Assembly (NCBI RefSeq): GCF_025526975.1
Contig: NW_026515669.1
Span: forward strand, 1,798,001 to 1,862,000
DNA: 64,000 nt
Direction: 5' to 3'
From: Fimicolochytrium jonesii
Lineage: Eukaryota
Under the pieces are notes generated by a model. The model did no database searches. It saw only the letters and a list, made by a program, of their open reading frames with translations, and was not told where the DNA came from. The translations under genes and the position numbers were made by a program. Shown here one piece after another: positions 27,520-40,074 of this stretch (within the stretch, counting starts at the first letter, position 1; each line of letters opens with the position of its first letter).

Positions 27520-30303
27520 AACAGTTCGATAGCCAGCTCTGCGCCCCTCGTCTCACCCCGAAACAACATACACCCTCGGCCCCTTCTTGATCAAGAACCC
27601 GTCGGCGTTCAGCGTGTCCAGCAGAGTCGAGAAGGTGTTTGGGGTTGTTGCTGAGGGGATGTTTATTGCTGTGTGTTTGTTGTTGAGTGTATGAGCGGGG
27701 TGAGTTGGGGGGAGACGAAAGATGAGAATGGGTAAGGGGGCGAAGGGGATGGGGAAGGGGGAGATATATGTGGTGTTTTACCTTTTGCTATCTGTCTCAG
27801 CTCGTCAAAGTCGTATCGGTTGGTGCCGTTTGCCGCGGATTGTCGGAGGTGTGCGATGAATCTAGAAAAAACGATCGATAGTAAGCACAGCGACAAACAA
27901 ACCCCCCGAATGGGAACTTCGAAGAAAGATCCAGCAAGACCGGGGAAAAACCACCCAACACAACCTCTGAGCTTCCGCCACAACACCTCCACCCCCACCC
28001 GCACCCCGTTTCCTCTTCCCCAACCCGGCACCGGGCCCCTCGACAACAGCAGCACAACTCCCAAACGCCTCCCTGCACAGCTCCACCACATCCCTCACAT
28101 CCCCCACCTCCACCGCCTCCCGCAACTCACTCCTCGCTCTCGCCTCCGCCATCTTCACCACCGTCTCCAGTGTGCGCGACGGCGCCGCCGCGGCCGGCTG
28201 CAGGGCGTGCAGAGTCGGGTAATTCGCGAGGATCTCGGCGGCCGCGGCGGGAGTTAAGTATGGGTGGACGTGGGTGCGTGCGTAGGCGATGTAGGCGCGC
28301 AGTTGGTGTGTCGGGAGAAGGGTGGATACGGGGGGGAGGGTGTGTTTGAGGCGGTCGGGGAGCGGGTCGGTTTGAAGGTACTCGGACGCGTCGTCTTGGA
28401 CGTCGGTGCAGGCTGTGACGCGCGGGTGGGGCGTGGGTCCGCGCATGTTTGTCCCACCGGCGTGGAGGTCGAGGACGCGGCGGGCCATGTAGCCGTCTTT
28501 TTCTTTTTCGGGGATATCCAGGATGACGAAGACGAGGTCGAAGCGGGCGAGCATGGCCGGGGTCATGCGGGTGTTTTCGCAGACGGTTTTGCTGCGGTCG
28601 TAGGTGCCGACTGGCGCGGCGGTGGCGCTTCCGCCGGGCGCACTTTTTCTCCAGCCCCCACCTGCCCCACCGCCACTGCCGCCGGAGGGCATGCCGCTGC
28701 TTGTAGGACAGACGGGGTTGGCGGCGACGATCAGAGAGGTTCGGGCGGGGACTTGTACGTACATGGGCACGTCCTCCGCACTGCCGTCGAGTGTGACATA
28801 GCCGTTGTCGAGGGTCTGGGCAATCCAGGTGTGCCAGGGAGCGCACTTTTCGAAATTGTCGACGCAGCATGTCCCAAGGTCCGAGAGCACCAGGGGGCCG
28901 GCTTCTACGGCCACGTCGTTGCCGGAGTCGGGGAGACGGGTAGTGCTTAAGCCGAAATTTGGTGGTGAAGACTTGGAGGTGCCAACGGTGAGGTATTCGC
29001 CTCGAGGTAGGACGGCGCTGAGAGAGGCTAGCATTTGAGATTTGCCCATTCCGCGGTCGCCGACCAGCATGATGTGAATGTCTGAGGATACTGATGTGTT
29101 GTGATCCGGCGCGCAATTTCGAGGTCCTCTGTCTTCTTGGGCTCCAGCGGATCCCTTCACACGACCTCCAAACAGCGCGAGCAGAAGAGTGGCCTTGATC
29201 ACCTCGTGTCCGTATATGGCTGGGCAGAGTGAATGCACCAGCAAAGAAAACAGGTTGGGATCCTCCGCCAGTTGCCGAATGCCATACAAGTCTGCCTCCG
29301 TATAGGCTATGCCCGCCTTACTGAGAACCCCAGCGTTGCCAGTCGGATTCGCAAGGGCGTTTATCCCACGCCCATCATTTGCCTTTACTATCGAGTTGAC
29401 ATCGATATAGAGCCCCGCGTAGGTGTCCACTTTCCGTCCTTCCACGACCTTCAGAACCCCACTGACCGTCACTACATCTCCCGGCATGATGGAATCCACA
29501 ATCTCATCCGCAAGCTCACACTCTACGACCCTCGCTTGCGTTCCCCGTGACGACGACGACGACGGATCGCCTTCACTCGCGTCCTCCCGCACCCAGATCC
29601 GCTGCTTGTTCTGAGCGACGGTCGCGCCTAGCTGCGGGGTGAACTTTCGACTCTTGCAGCCATACCGAGCACATTTGGCTGGCACACGGTAGTAATGCGT
29701 TGGCTGCTCTTTGAATGCCATCTCCTGCACTTCTCCGCAATCATCGCACATGTATGGGATGGACGTAAGCACGGGTTTGACGACTGCTACGCGCAAGACT
29801 GTGCCGCGGATACTGAGGAAGGATGATAGGAGGTTCGCTTTGACTTTCTTAATCGGGGTGGATTGGGTATAGTTGAAGAGTCGGACTGTGCGTCTCTCAA
29901 ACGACGGCTTGATTGCGTGAGAAGAGTTTGCAGGCGCTTGAGCTCGTAGTATGGAGATGGTTGCTGCGTGGGCTGCGAGGTTTAGACACGGCAGGATGGA
30001 GCCTGGTGATTGGCGAAGCTTGGCCTCCAGAGCAGGGACCTCCTCACAACCCTGCACGAAATCCCCATATTCCAGCTCTACAGTGTCCCTGTCCGTCCAT
30101 AGCACCCTTCCCGTCGTCGTTTGACTATTGCTGTTGTTCCATCCAATATGCCCAACATCGTCGGACGATGCCGCGCAGGAGTAGTTCCGGACGAAGTAGT
30201 GGAAGAAGGCGGTTGCGAATGCCACGTCGTCGTCGCGGAGTCTGAACGTCTTGAGTGGGAAGTAGGTATCCCAGAAAGAGGCGAGCAGCTGCGAGGGGTT
30301 CAT
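27520..30303 (-). CDS. MCM8: MCM8-like helicase (3' end approximate)
   Basis: Zn finger CDDC..C, SLCPAIYGHEVIKATLLLALFGG, Walker A GDRGMGKSQ, AANP and ARFDLVF. Spliced C-terminal exon LNADGFLIKKG resembles the MCM8 tail. Confidence 0.75.
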
Positions 30304-30484
30304 CTTGCGGTGCGTATGTACGTTGCTGTGGGGTGCCATCTGCGTGGTAATGGCCAAGGACTCGACAAGCCACTTTGACCTTCTTGGGCCAAAAGCACAA
30401 AGCGGCCAGTCTGGTGTTTCTGACTTGCCGACGGACCATAACACTGCCATCCACAGCTACCCGCCAGCCAGCCAACCACCTACC

Positions 30485-32937
30485 ATGACTTACAACGGTA
30501 CTGGAGACGGCGCTCCCGCTGCTGCTGACCCGGTACGTCGTCACTTGGAGCCGGCAGGGTGGAAAGGCCGCTGTCTATTCTTGTGTGATCTCGCAGCATT
30601 GTCTGCTGGCCCCCTCGCTAACCCATCTTTCGTGCTCATTTTACAGAGCGCCATTTTGAATGCCGCCGTGGAGAGAGCGAAGGCTATAGCCGCTCGTCTA
30701 TCACAAGTGAAACCTCCAGGTGCGTCTGATAACCTGTCCATTGTCCCCAAAAGAGGCGGCGTTGCACGCTAACACCTATTCTCTTTGACGCAGCAGGGGA
30801 TCAGTTCGAAAATGCAAGCAGTCCAACTACTTCCGGCACCAAACGCTCCCACGCCGAATTCGATGACTACCGTCCTCCGTCCTCTGGCTACCGCCGCGAG
30901 GACTTCCAAAGCGAAAGCAAACGTCAGGCTTCCGACCACGATCAGTACGGCGGAGGCAGCCGCAGCTTCGGTTCGAACCCTTACGACCGCCCGAACGATA
31001 GTTATGGAGGATCCAGTGGCGGTGGTGGAGGCAGGCCTCGCATCGGTCTTGGTCACTCTGACGCACCACCTTCGTCGCACTACGGTCCCGGCGCTTCTCA
31101 CGGCAGGTCCTCTGTGAGTGAGGAAATTACAGTTCCCAATCAATTTGTAAGTGTGCTTCACCCCGCCACCCTCCCACTCCCGAGATCGACGAGGAGGAGG
31201 GTGCGGTGCCTCGTTTCGCATATGTGTGTGTCCGTGGTTGGCAGGTCATGACCCCGGTCCGTATAGGTCGGGCTCATCATTGGCCGCTCCGGTGACAACT
31301 TGAAACGAATCGAAAGTACTTGCAACGTCAAGGTGCAGGTTGCGTCAGGTAAATGTCCCATCGTTCAGCCCACATGCTGCCTTCCATTCTCGCTCACTAT
31401 CTTTCCCACCGCCAGACAAAACAGACGGGCCGGACGCAGACCGCCGCACCACAATCACCGGTGAGCCCGAGGACGTCGCGCGAGCAAAAGCAATGATCAT
31501 GGAGCAAGTCAACCAAGGAAACGCTCCTCCGTTCCGCGCCCCAATGTCCTCGGCTCCACCTGCAAACCCATCCGACTCCATTACCGTCCCTGCTCATAAA
31601 GGTGATATTCTCACATTGTTCTCCTGCCGTATTCGCATTCCCGCACTTATCGTTCTTCACCTCTTCTTTTCGCAGTTGGTCTTGTTATCGGCCGTGGCGG
31701 CGAAACAATTCATCGCTTGCAGGACCAAAGCGGCGCCAGCATCAACGTCGTGCAGGAGAGTGCACAGGACACGTCCTCGGGCTTGCGAACCATCACATTG
31801 TCCGGAAACCCTGCTTCGGTCGACATGGCCAAGCAGCTGATCGATGAGCTGGTCAACTCTCAGGGGCCTCCGGGCAGGGTAATGCCTTTCTTTCTGAATT
31901 TTGTGGTGCGTTGGTGCACAATGTTAAATGCTGATTTTTCTGTTCGATAGTTCCAAAACAACTTCAGGGGCGAGACTGAGATCATCAAAGTCCACACCGA
32001 CAGGGTACGTTGTTGCACGCCGGACAAAGCGAAGAGGTTCGCCTTTGCAAAGAAATACACCGGAGAATTCATTGACATCGCTCTCCCTCTTCAGGTCGGC
32101 CTAGTAATCGGTCGCGGTGGCGAGACCATCAAATCCATCCAGATGCAATGCGACGTCAAGATCAAAGTCGACTCACAATCCGACCCCGAAGGAAATCGCA
32201 CGGTAACCATCTCCGGCCCGCCCGAGAACATCGCCCGCGCCAAAGAGATGGTGATGGAGCGCGCTTACAGTAGTCGAAGGGAAGGTGGGCCGATGGGTGG
32301 GCCGATGGGCGGTCATGGCGGTGGCGGCGGATACCAGCAGCAACAACAGCAGTACCCGCAACACGTTCAACAGCAAGCGTATGGGCAGTACGCCCCGCCT
32401 GGGAACTACGGCGGATACGGACATGAGCAGTGGGCGGGCGGCGCGGAGGGTGCCCCCGGCGCGTACGGCGGGTACGATGCCAACGCATACGGGTGGAACG
32501 CGGCCGGTTATGGGCAGCAACCCGGCGGTGAGGCCGGTGGCGCTCCCCCCGGTGCCGGCCCCGACTCTGCCAACCCGCAAGGAGACGCAGGAGGCGAGGG
32601 CGGTCAACCCCAACAACAGTACGACCAAGAAGCCTGGGCGGCTTACTACGCGCAGTACCAGCAGTATTACGGCATGTACCCCCAATACGCCGCCGGTGCG
32701 GTCCCCGATGCGTCCGCTGTACCTGGCGCACCTCCTGCACCTGCCCCCGACGCGACCACCGAAGACAAACCACCCACCGACGACCAGAATTCGTCCGCGG
32801 CGCCTTCTGCACCCGCCCAACCGAATGCGTCCTCGTCACCTGGCAGCGTAACCGGGAAGGATGATTCGACCGCTGCTGCTGCGTCGCCACCGGCCGCCGA
32901 GTCGGGAACCGCGTCGCCGGCGCCTCCATCGGAATGA
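30485..32937 (+). CDS. KH-domain RNA/ssDNA-binding protein (FUBP/KSRP-like), multi-exon
   Basis: AAVERAKAIAARL N-box, three KH GxxG motifs (IIGRSG, VIGRGGE twice) and a Tyr-rich AWAAYYAQ tail. Confidence 0.88.
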
Positions 32938-33886
32938 AGCAGATTGAATTAATTATCTGAAAGCGTTGATTAAGGTTGACGGGGAAGGAAGGGCGGGGAA
33001 GGAAGCGAAAACAGGAAGGGTTGGTTTCTCGCTGTATTCTCCGGCGGGCTTCAAACGAGGATTTCGCTGGCTGGCGATCTTAAATATATATTCGATGCTC
33101 AAAATGGAGCTCCAGTTCAATTTCTCAGCTTCCCCTTCCATCTGAATGACATCTATTTTTACATGACCATACATATTCCACCATGCACAAGGCCCCAACA
33201 CCCTTGCGTACGTAGTACTGTTCTATGGCTGCAAAGCAGACAGAGCCCTAGCGCTCGTCGCATGGTGTCCCGTACGGGGGAAACGCGCATGCCGCATCTG
33301 ACTGCTGGTGACTCTTCTTCACCCGCTCCCTTCTGTTCTTACTGCCTCCACCATTTCAAAAACCGACATCTTCCCCATACGTGAGAAATTTTTTCTTTGA
33401 CCAGCTGGGGATAGTCAGCTGAGCTACATGCGACCATCTCACGCTTGAACCGGTAATGCTGTGAGTGCCTTTGGGATCTGCCTGCCGCTGATGAGTTGAA
33501 ATCTCTACAAAAGGGTTAACCCTTACCCCTCCTGACATTCCTCTAAGGCAGAGACTGTCCACTGGCTTCCGCTGCACTAGTAAGCATAACGGCAATGCAG
33601 GGGCTTTGTCGCCATAGCAATCGCCCCGCCTACGGCGGCTCGCTGTTCGTAACCCGAACACCAGCTGTCCGCAAATCGCGTAGTCTCCCCTCCGCGACGG
33701 CCGTTCGGACACATTCGGACAAGAATCCCAATTTCACACTCGCTGAGCGTTCGCCTTTCCATCCGGACTCGTTGCTTGCTTGCGCTTGGCTTCGTGCAGG
33801 GGCAGCAAAGGGGACACACATAGCAAAACCGAAGGAGATATTGCGTTGGGTTGCACTTCACCTTCACACTCTTCGCCTCCGGAATA

Positions 33887-36800
33887 ATGTCCAACCGAAA
33901 AGCTGCGTTGCAGAAGCTGCGGAATGCGAAAGCAGCGGGTGTCTCCGCTTTGGAGGCCTACAAGGTACGAACGACAGCCCTCCGCATAGTTGTCTCGCCC
34001 ACTGGCTGCTAGGGAGAAAGTGGGACCTTGAATGTCTTCTAACCCTTTCTAACGCGCAGGTAGATGAACCCGACAAACTCGACGTCTACGACGAGGTAAC
34101 GGAAGAAGAGTACAATGCCTTCCGCCGTCGCCGCATGGAGGAAGGCGGTGATTTCGTGGTGGACGACGACGGTCTGGGATACGTCGACTATGGCCAGGAT
34201 GAGTGGGCGTCCGAACATAGCAGTGAGGAGAGCGACGAGGAGGACGATAAGGGCAAGGCGGGGAAAGGTCTGAGGTAGTGCGTTCGGTAAAGACTTTTTG
34301 AGATTTGATATTGATTGGCATCTGCTTGATTGTGGTTAGGCAAGCGGAAACGAGGGAAAGAGAATGATAACAAACCTGCCGGCGGAAACATTCAGAATCT
34401 GTTCAATCAACAAGCGCGGAATCCGAAACCAAAGCCAAAAGTAGCTCCACGGGTAGGTAGTCATTTGGTCACATCACCCTCGATTCATCGAGCATCCCCT
34501 TACCTTCATCCCACTTTCCCTCCCATCCACCACCTACCACTCTCTCAGACAGCCATCTCCGACGCGACCGCGAAGGATCTACTAGGGTCCATTTTCGAAG
34601 ATCTCGACAATCTCGACAACGAAGTAGACGATCACGCGGCCAAACGGCAGAAATCGGAACGTATCTCGAATGCCTTCTCGGCCTATGTCACATCGGCGCA
34701 GAATCCGTTTGCGGCTTATGCCCGGGGATCTCGGAACACGAATGCTGCTAACCCCGCGGTACCTAAGGAGCGTACCGTTACGAAGGTATGCCATCATCTG
34801 TGCTTTCCTTTGCCATTGCTGCATTAAAAACCAAGCGTATTGACATTTTTGCTTATGTGTAGACCAGCGAACCCCAGGAGGATTCTTCACCACCGGCTTT
34901 TGACATGTCGGATTTGCAAACGCAGGAGCCCCCACAGATAGACGAGGATGAAGTCGCGGACCTCCATTCACCCGAAGCCGATACGAGTGCAGTCGAAACG
35001 CAAGCACCCGCCCTCCCCGCACCCGTTACAGTCAAAGTAAAAGCCCTGCAAACCAGCACCGCCAAAAAACCCGCACTGAGCTTCGCACCTAAATTCGCCC
35101 CAAAAGTGGACAGAGTCGAAGCCGAAGCGCGAGCAGAATCAACCGTCGTCTCCGCGCCCGACAACGCCAACTGCCGTGGCTGGATGTCGCTCAAGGATGC
35201 GATCCAGGTCCAGAATATGGAGCCGTCGCAATCGATGACGGATGCGGGGTCGGCGACACAGTCAGGACCCGCGGAGTTTTTGGAGGAGGATGGGTCATTG
35301 AGGATGTTCTGGTTTGATGCGTTTGATAGAGATGGGGTTATTTACCTTTTTGGAAAGGTGGGTTTGTTGTATCTGGGTATTGTGATGGCATAAGTGGAAT
35401 GCTTTTCGTAACCGTCGAAACCTTCTTTCCCTCCCAATCAGGCCCAGAATAAGAGGGACGGAAGCTATGCGTCGTGCTGTACAATCGTCAACAACATGCA
35501 GCGGAACCTTTTTGTCCTCCCTCGCGCCCGTCTTCTGGACGACTCTGGCCACGAAACCGATATCAACGTGACCATCCCCGAGGTATACCGCGAATTCGAC
35601 GCTCTGCGCCGCCAACACCACATCAAAGAGTTTGCGTCCGCTAAAGTCTCCCGCGCCTACGCGTTCGAAGTGCCCGACATACCTGCCGAGTCGGACTACC
35701 TGAAAGTCGTGTACCCTTTCTCACAGCCGGCACTCCCCACCGGTCTCAGCGGTAAAAGTTTCAGCAAGATTTTCGGAACCAAAACCAACGCATTGGAGCT
35801 GTTCATCCTGAAGCGGAAGCTGATGGGCCCATGCTGGGTCGAGATCAAGAACCCCAGCATGATTAACCGCAACGTCTCCTGGTGCAAGCTCGAAGTCAAC
35901 GTCGCCGACCCCAAAAGCATCAGCCCCCTCAAAGACGAGCAGATGAGCCCCACGCAGAAAAAGGCGCCCCCCTTCGTCGTCATGAGTCTCACACTCCGCA
36001 CAGTCATGAACCACAAAAAGCACGTCAACGAGATCGTCGCCGCCAGCGGGCTCGTGTACACCAACGTCAACGTCGACGGCGTCTCGGCGGAACAGCACCC
36101 GTCGCGGTTCACCGTCATGCGACAGTTGAACGAGATCCCGCTTCCTGCCGGGTTCCATGATCTGTTGCAACAGCAGCCGACGCGCATCGAGGTGCCGAGG
36201 AATGAGCGCGGGTTGCTGGGGTTCTTGATTGCGCAGATCCATCGGAGTGACCCGGATATCATTGTGGGGCATAATTTTATTGATTTCGATTTGGATGTGC
36301 TTTTGCATCGGATGCAGGCTTGTAATGTGGAGCATTGGTCGAAGATTGGGAGGTTGAGGCGGACGAAGTATGGTGTTGTTGTGATGTATTTTCACTGGAT
36401 TGATTGAGGTTTGTTTGCTGACGTTGTTGCTCCCGATTCCGAATCAATAGATGGCCGAAGCTTCAAACCGGAGCAGGAGGCACCGCCGACTCGACATTCG
36501 GCGAACGTCAAATCGCCAGCGGCCGCTTGCTTTGCGACACCTACCGCGCCTCACAAGACCTAATCCGATCCAAATCCTACAGCCTCACCCAACTCGCCGC
36601 CTCGCAACTCAACGTCGACCGGCCCAACATCGACTACGAAAAGATCCCCACCTACTTCTGGGACGCGGGCAAACTTATGGAGATGATCCAGCACTGCCAG
36701 TTCGACGGATACCTCCAGGCGCAGCTCATGTTCAAGCTGCAGATCTTACCCCTTACGAAGCAGCTGACTAACCTCGCGGGGAATCTATGGGCGCGCACGA

Positions 36801-39213
36801 TGACGGGGGCCCGGGCCGAGCGGAATGAGTACCTGCTCCTGCATGAGTTCCACGATAAGAAGTTTGTGGTGCCGGATAAGACGCTCCCCGGAGCCAAGAT
36901 TGTAGTGGATCAGCTGCAGGAAGGCGACGACCAGCCGGAGCCGGCTAAGAAAGCGGGTGCAAGCGCTCGAAGAAAACCGGCGTATGCGGGTGGACTTGTT
37001 CTGGAGCCCAAGAAGGGCTTCTATGACAAGTATGTCCTGCTGCTGGATTTCAACAGTCTGTATCCGTCGATCATCCAGGAGTACAACATTTGCTTCACGA
37101 CGGTGGAACGCGGGCGTAATACCGGTGGGCTTGTCCTAGGAGATGATCAATTGCCCGACGTGCCCGACCCAGAGCTGCCCAAGGGTATCCTCCCCAAACT
37201 CCTAGGCACGCTTGTCGACCGTCGTCGGGTGGTCAAGAACCTGATGAAGGACCCTCGCGCCACACCCACGGAACTCGCGGGGTACGATATCCGCCAAAAA
37301 GCGCTGAAACTAACTGCCAACTCCATGTACGGCTGCCTGGGTTTCTCGCACTCACGCTTCTACGCCAAACCGCTCGCGATACTGATCACTGCAAAGGGAC
37401 GGGAGATCCTCCAAGCCACGGTCGACTTGGCCGAGCATGAGCACCTGGAAGTCATCTACGGCGACACGGACTCGATCATGATCCATACCAACACCGATGA
37501 CCTGCAGCAGGTGAAGCGGATTGGGAATGACTTCAAGAAGGCGGTGAATAAACGGTACAATCTGCTGGAGATTGAGATGGATGGGTTTTTTCAGCGGATG
37601 TTGCTCTTGAAGAAGAAGAAGTATGCGGCTGTTGCTGTTGAGGAGAAGGGTGGGCAGCTGGTGACGACGTTGGAGACTAAGGGGTTGGATTTGGTAAGGA
37701 GGGATTGGTGTGGGCTGAGTCATGATGTCAGTGGGTGAGTAGCTCGATAGATTCTTTGCGTGATGGAAGACGTTGACTCTCTAACTAACTGCCGTGTCCG
37801 ACGACTCTCTGTTCAGCTACGTGCTCAACCAAATCTTCTCGGGCGCCTCGCGCGAAGAAGTGATCGACAACATCCACGCCCACCTCCGCAAAGTCGGGCT
37901 CGAAACCCGCTCGGGCCTGATCCCCATCCCCAAATTCGTCATCACCAAATCGCTCACCAAGAACCCCGAAGAGTACGCCGACAAGAACTCGCAGCCGCAC
38001 GTGCAGGTCGCCTTGCAGATGAAGGCCAAAGGAATCTCCGCCCGCGTTGGGGATACCATACCCTATGTTATCTGCATCAAGGACAAGGATGCCACCGGGG
38101 ACGGAAAGTCGTCCACGGTGAACACCGCACCGACCAACCTGATGGCTGCGAAAGCATACCACCCGGACGACGTGGCCAACGATGCATCGCTGCGGATCGA
38201 TTTCGAGTGGTACCTCGCCAACCAGGTGCACCCGCCCATCGCGCGTCTGTGCAGCCCGATTGAAGACACGGACGCTGGCCGGCTTGCGGACTGTTTGGGG
38301 CTGGATCCGAGCAAGTATAGGAATGTGGGCGGTGGGGGTGCGGGTGGTGGCGCCGCGGCGGACTTGGATGAGCTGTATACGCTGGATAGCCAATTGACGG
38401 ATGAGGAGCGGTTCAAGGATGTGGAGAAGTGGTGCCCGAGGTGTAGGGCGTGTGGGGAGATGGGGGAGTTTATGGGGTGTGTTCGGCGGGTGGTATGTAT
38501 GCGAGTTCGGTTCAGACTCAAATAGGGCCATTGATGCACAATCCGCGTCTTACGCAACGTTTTTTCTCCTCCCGCTCACAGGACGACGGCACCCTAACCA
38601 GCTCCTTCGCCTGCCCGCACCCAACCTGCGGCACCCGCCTCAGCACCGCCTCCCTCATCGCGCAACTCTCCACCGCGATCCGCACCCACATCCAGCGCTA
38701 CGCCAACGCTTTCTTGATCTGCGACGAGCAGGCCTGCGCGACCCGCACGCGCTCCATGGGCGTCTATGGCGAGCGGTGCCTTGTCCCGGGGTGTCAGGGC
38801 ACCGTGAGGTTCGAGTACCCGGATACGAGGCTGTATACGCAGTTGAAGTATTTTGCCAGTTTGTTTGAGACGAGGGAGGGGGAGAAGAGAGTGGGTGGGG
38901 ATAGGGATTTGTTGGGTAGGTCTTTTTTGTTGTTCGTGGGGTTACGCGCTTATTCCACCACCACGCACTCTTTCTCACACGTCTCTTCGCTTCGCTTCCA
39001 TATACAGCCCAATTCAACACCCTCATCCGCCAAGACGCTGAACCCCTCACCAAATTGGCCGCGTTCACGGACAGGTACCTGCAAAAGAACGCCCGTGGGT
39101 TTGTGGATCTGCGGCAGGTGTTTGGGTTCTTGACCATCAGCGGGAGCGGCAACAAGACGGGGGCGGGAACGGTTGGAGGTGTGGAAGGGCAGGTGGTTGC
39201 GGTAAATGGGTGA
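33887..39213 (+). CDS. POL1: DNA polymerase alpha catalytic subunit, multi-exon
   Basis: DFVVDDDGLGYVD, LLDFNSLYPSIIQEYNICFTT, KLTANSMYGCLG, YGDTDS and C-terminal Cys clusters. Confidence 0.97.
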
Positions 39214-39399
39214 AGGTGTTGAGGCGCACGGCGTAGCAGGAGCAGTTGTGCACTCCGTATTAAATGCGGATACATAAATGTACACGCTTGGTATGCGAAT
39301 GGAAGGGGTTTGTATGTACATACATCTGAAAATACATAGGCTTGTGTATATCTGAGGGTGTGTGAACCCGCGTAATAATAACGCGAGAAACAACCCAAA

Positions 39400-40060
39400 A
39401 AGTGTTCAGCGGTGAATTCACGTCCTCCGGTGATCTCGGCTTGCCGCTTTAGTTCCAGCTCTTTCAGCTCAGCGGTGAGTTGAATGAAGTCTTGTCCTGC
39501 GATCTCGGCTTCTCGCTTCAAATCCAGCTCTTTCAGCTACGCGGTGGGTTGAAGTCGTCCGGTGATCTCGGCTTCTCGCTTCAATTCCAGCTCTTTCAGC
39601 TCTGCGATCTCGGCTTCCAGGTTCAGTTCCGACTTTTTCCGCTCAGAGGTGAGTTCACGTCGTCCTGCTTCCAGCTTGAATCCCACCTGTTCCAGCTCAG
39701 CGGGGAGTTTATGTCGTCCGGCCGCCCCTTCGCCTTTCTAGAGTACGAGATGGGGCATTGAGCTCGCCGACTACAGGTTGCAAGAGCTTTCCTTCCTCCT
39801 CGAGGTTAGCGGATAACATTGTCCTTGTCCTGCGCATGGTCCTCCTCTTCACACATACACAAAGCTCGAAACGTAACTTCGCAACAGTCCGGCGAACATA
39901 TCTCTTTGACTTTTCCGCGTTTAGCAACCTCCGCGAGGGCTTGCTGTCGTTGGGCTCTTAAATCCGTCCACGCCGTTTGCATCAGCATCCGCTGCGTCTC
40001 AAGGTTAGCGATAACATTGTTCTTGTCCTCCGCGTTGTCCACCTCTTCACTGAGCCGTCG
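39400..40060 (-). pseudogene. Decayed coiled-coil repeat coding sequence
   Basis: Several copies of gatctcggcttctcgcttcaa..ccagctctttcagct encode ELKELELKREAEI. One copy has TAG in place of GAG. A duplicated block (about 39802 vs 40002) differs by a 1-nt insertion. Confidence 0.6.
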
Positions 40061-40074
40061 ATGAACAGACTACA

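Noticed and set aside
33511..33524. 14-bp palindrome AAGGGTTAACCCTT upstream of POL1; telomere-like CAACCCTAACCC at 22341
   Set aside because: Single short occurrences with no supporting context; could be chance.
39400..39720. CRISPR-like repeat array
   Set aside because: Eukaryotic context, irregular spacing, and the repeats translate as coiled-coil units.
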